In this document: piece by piece, positions 49,082 to 50,875 of the stretch
Position numbering within the stretch: the first letter of the stretch is position 1
Layout of the letters: every line of letters begins with the position of its first letter
Virus record (IMG/VR): IMGVR_UViG_3300045988_097988
DNA from: a virus
DNA length: 50,875 nucleotides
Direction: 5' to 3' (one strand)
Notes under the pieces: generated by a model
Seen by the model: only the letters and a program-made list of their open reading frames with translations
The model's database searches: none
What the model was told of the DNA's origin: nothing
Program-made: the position numbers and the translations under genes

Positions 49082-49354
49082 TTAATCTTCCGGGCCGGGC
49101 CTCTGCATCTCGCAGGGTTCCGGCCCTTTTTCTGTTTCATCCTCGGGCAAGACCTTGCCGCCGGGCGTCTTGACCTGAACCGTGCCGCCCATCAGCGAGA
49201 TGATTTTCACGAAGTCGTCATAGTTCTTGACACCTTTATATAAGGCGTTGCTGACGCTCTGGGGCCGGATGCCCAGCAGCTCCGAAAGCTGCTTGACCGA
49301 GGTTCCTGTCTCTTCCATGAGCTGCCGGATGAGTTTGGATGCCGACATATACAA
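49082..49354 (-). CDS. XRE-like HTH regulator, divergent from the operator cluster
   Basis: GTSVKQLSELLGIRPQSVSNALYKG is an HTH. The RBS AGGAGG lies upstream on the minus strand. Confidence 0.7.
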   Translation of the reverse strand: MYMSASKLIRQLMEETGTSVKQLSELLGIRPQSVSNALYKGVKNYDDFVKIISLMGGTVQVKTPGGKVLPEDETEKGPEPCEMQRPGPED

Positions 49355-49371
49355 CCTCCTCTCTTGTCTTT

Positions 49372-49400
49372 ATTATACCATGAGCCAAAACGCAATTCAA
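49372..49400 (-). promoter_or_regulatory. Promoter of the HTH regulator: TTGAAT-17-TGGTATAAT
   Basis: On the plus strand, ATTATA is at 49372..49377 and ATTCAA at 49395..49400. Confidence 0.6.
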
Positions 49401-49406
49401 GTGCAA

Positions 49407-49491
49407 TATACTCTAAACTGAGTATAAAATCTGAAAAATATACTCCAAACTGAGTATAAAAGGCTGGACATTATACTCTAAACAGAGTATA
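49407..49491. promoter_or_regulatory. Three 20-bp palindromic operators TATACTC-N6-GAGTATA
   Basis: O1 is at 49407..49426, O2 at 49439..49458 and O3 at 49472..49491. Centre-to-centre spacing is 32-33 bp. O3 fills the spacer of the rightward promoter. Confidence 0.75.
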
Positions 49492-49493
49492 AT
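49465..49493 (+). promoter_or_regulatory. Rightward promoter TGGACA-17-TATAAT
   Basis: TGGACA at 49465..49470 and TATAAT at 49488..49493. It is duplicated at 19080..19108. Confidence 0.7.
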
Positions 49494-49545
49494 AATAGTG
49501 TCAGAGGGAAAGAGAAAACAACAACCAAAACGGAGGAAAACAACA

Positions 49546-50064
49546 ATGAAAAAGTTTGAAATCGGCCACACCTACTTTGACCGCTACGCTTGCGACTACG
49601 AGACCCTGAGCGTCATCAAAATCGTAAAGCGCACCGCGAAGACGGTCGTTTTCGAGCGGAACGGCGAGACCCGCCGCGCCCTCCTCCGCGAGGACAGCAA
49701 CGGGGAATACATCATCCCCGACCACTACAGCATGGCCTGCGTCTACCGCGCAGACAGCGAGATTGTGGACGGCGTTCCCAACGACGAGCTGGACGTCTAC
49801 GAGACCGCCGAGGCCGAGGAAGCCCCGGAGAGCCTCGAAAACGCCCCCGTAGAGGCTGAGAAGCCCGAGGCAGGCAAGGTTATTTACTTCCCGGCTCAGG
49901 CCCGCAAACAGCCCGAGGTCACGGGCTACGCCGTGGCAGACGCTCTTGTCCGCTATACCGTCAAGCAGATGACGGGCGTTTTGTTCGGGGGCTGCGACCT
50001 CCGGGCGAAAGAGCTGGACTTTCTGGCGGCTCTTACCCAGCAGGCGGGCGGCGTCGTCAGGTGA
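49546..50064 (+). CDS. Hypothetical protein
   Basis: ATG at 49546 follows GGAGG. The earlier GTG at 49498 lies upstream of the predicted transcription start. Confidence 0.5.
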   Translation: MKKFEIGHTYFDRYACDYETLSVIKIVKRTAKTVVFERNGETRRALLREDSNGEYIIPDHYSMACVYRADSEIVDGVPNDELDVYETAEAEEAPESLENAPVEAEKPEAGKVIYFPAQARKQPEVTGYAVADALVRYTVKQMTGVLFGGCDLRAKELDFLAALTQQAGGVVR

Positions 50065-50094
50065 CGGCCCCGGGCCGGATACCCGGAGACTCTA

Positions 50095-50123
50095 TTGATA
50101 CCCCACCGCATAGGTGGTACAAT
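50095..50123 (+). promoter_or_regulatory. Promoter TTGATA-17-TGGTACAAT
   Basis: TTGATA at 50095..50100 and TACAAT at 50118..50123, with an extended -10 TG. Confidence 0.55.
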
Positions 50124-50174
50124 ATACAAAAAGCCCCTCAAGGGGCGGGAGGAAACACGATAAAATACGAAAAC

Positions 50175-50681
50175 ATGACCGTTGAGCAGTTTGTAGAAGC
50201 CACAAACACCGTCCGCGTCGGCGACAAGGTGGGCTGCAGCTCCGTCCGCAAGTCCGACGCCCCGGCATACTCCGCCTATGTCAAGGCCCACAAGCCGGAG
50301 ATTATGGCGTACCTGCTGGGCCGCGAGAAAGCCGCCGAGGAGCGGCAGGCGAAAATCGGCGCCATCGAGGGCCTGAAAGAGGTTGAGGCGGCAGAGGAAG
50401 CCGTCTTGACCTACCGGGAGGCTTTCGCAAAGGCGATGGAGCGCGGTGACGGGATTCTCCCGAGCAAGCCCGACATTGACCTTGAGGCCCTTTATGCCAA
50501 GTATCCCCGGGCCGCTGCCTACCGTACCGCCGAGGCAAATTCCCGGGCGGCTCACGACGTCAAGGCCACGGCCTACACAAAAGCCCTTGAGCGTATCATC
50601 AATGGCGAGGACTACGCAAAGGCCCTCGCAGACGCAGACGCCGAGTGGAAAGCCCACTGCGACGCCCATATCTGGGATTGA
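50175..50681 (+). CDS. Hypothetical protein
   Basis: 168 aa from ATG at 50175. The only good SD (GGGAGGA at 50147..50153) is 21 nt upstream, so the start is uncertain. Confidence 0.45.
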   Translation: MTVEQFVEATNTVRVGDKVGCSSVRKSDAPAYSAYVKAHKPEIMAYLLGREKAAEERQAKIGAIEGLKEVEAAEEAVLTYREAFAKAMERGDGILPSKPDIDLEALYAKYPRAAAYRTAEANSRAAHDVKATAYTKALERIINGEDYAKALADADAEWKAHCDAHIWD

Positions 50682-50782
50682 TTCAGCGCAAAAATAAAGA
50701 GAGGTCGGCGTCCCGATTCTTGGGCGTCGGCCCTTTTTCTTTGGGCCAAAACAAAGGGCTTTGTGTGCCGTAAAAATAAAAA

Positions 50783-50805
50783 CTGGGTCAAAAACTGGGT
50801 CAAAG
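50783..50805 (+). repeat. Tandem CTGGGTCAAA(A/G) repeats, candidate integrase arm-type sites (P arm)
   Basis: Same tandem pair and orientation as 141..163. It lies 46 bp from the core, against 117 bp at the left end. Confidence 0.6.
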
Positions 50806-50816
50806 GGCAAACAGAA

Positions 50817-50842
50817 AGCGTAGTATCTTGCGATACTACGCT
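50817..50842 (-). terminator. Perfect 11-bp hairpin just downstream (minus strand) of the reconstituted tRNA 3' end
   Basis: AGCGTAGTATC-TTGC-GATACTACGCT, followed on the minus strand by the T-rich TTCTGTTTGCCCTTTG. Confidence 0.55.
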
Positions 50843-50851
50843 TGAAATAGG

Positions 50852-50875
50852 TGGAGCGGGCAATGGGAATCGAAC
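50852..50875 (-). repeat. attR core, the 3' end of the presumably intact host tRNA (probably tRNA-Gly) that continues beyond the window
   Basis: Identical to 1..24. The acceptor 3' strand TGCCCGC, discriminator U and CCA are compatible with tRNA-Gly. The rest of the gene is outside the window, so the identity is provisional. Confidence 0.6.

Larger units (their letters stand above)
1..50875. mobile_element. Complete integrated temperate prophage (contractile-tail type) between attL and attR
   Basis: An identical 24-bp direct repeat lies at both window ends. The integrase is next to the left end. A full set of lysogeny, replication, packaging, head, tail and lysis modules lies between. Confidence 0.9.

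Noticed and set aside
50147-50177. A third non-canonical start: ATA at 50160, 6 nt after GGGAGGA, for the 50175..50681 gene.
   Set aside because: There is no conserved N-terminal block to support it, unlike TerS and the RT. ATA is an extremely poor initiator, and an ATG follows 15 nt later. The gene is left at ATG 50175 with low start confidence.

Overview
The window is one complete integrated temperate phage of about 50.9 kb and roughly 57% GC. Its gene content looks Clostridia/Oscillospiraceae-like, and its tail module is myovirus (PBSX/Mu-like). It is bounded exactly by a 24-bp direct repeat (1..24 and 50852..50875) that is the 3' end of a minus-strand tRNA, probably tRNA-Gly.

Gene order:
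- Lysogeny module on the minus strand: integrase, ImmA-like protease, XRE repressor (185..2086).
- Two early rightward operons driven by a duplicated promoter/operator cassette (2134..2175 and 5700..5741).
- Recombination and replication genes (DUF1351, RecT/Bet, SSB, replisome organiser with embedded iterons, loader, RecU, MazG), plus an SNF2-helicase/DNA-methylase fusion.
- A sigma-r4-type late regulator.
- An ORF-free structured RNA region of about 0.8 kb with tRNA-like modules and a canonical tRNA-Trp (18176..19035).
- A ParB-like / atypical C5-cytosine methyltransferase / CmoA-like cassette (19447..21726).
- Packaging, head, contractile tail and baseplate genes (21743..41572).
- A diversity-generating retroelement on the distal tail-fibre gene (41573..44946).
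- Lysis genes (45557..47076).
- A P22 immI-like accessory immunity region with RHH genes, convergent small RNAs, an antirepressor and an HTH regulator with three operators (47293..50681).

Most notable observations:
1. The C5-MTase has Arg in place of the invariant motif X Asn and sits directly next to a carboxy-SAM synthase homologue. This suggests a natural DNA 5-carboxymethylcytosine system, although the cmoA-like gene carries one in-frame TAG.
2. The large structured RNA region next to the tRNAs is a ROOL/GOLLD-like candidate.
3. The DGR has 8 adenine-specific TR/VR differences and no recognisable Avd.
4. There are three repeated cassettes, each a small RHH ORF plus a convergent sRNA.
5. 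TerS and the DGR RT probably start at ATT.

All functional calls come from motif recognition by eye. No database search was run.
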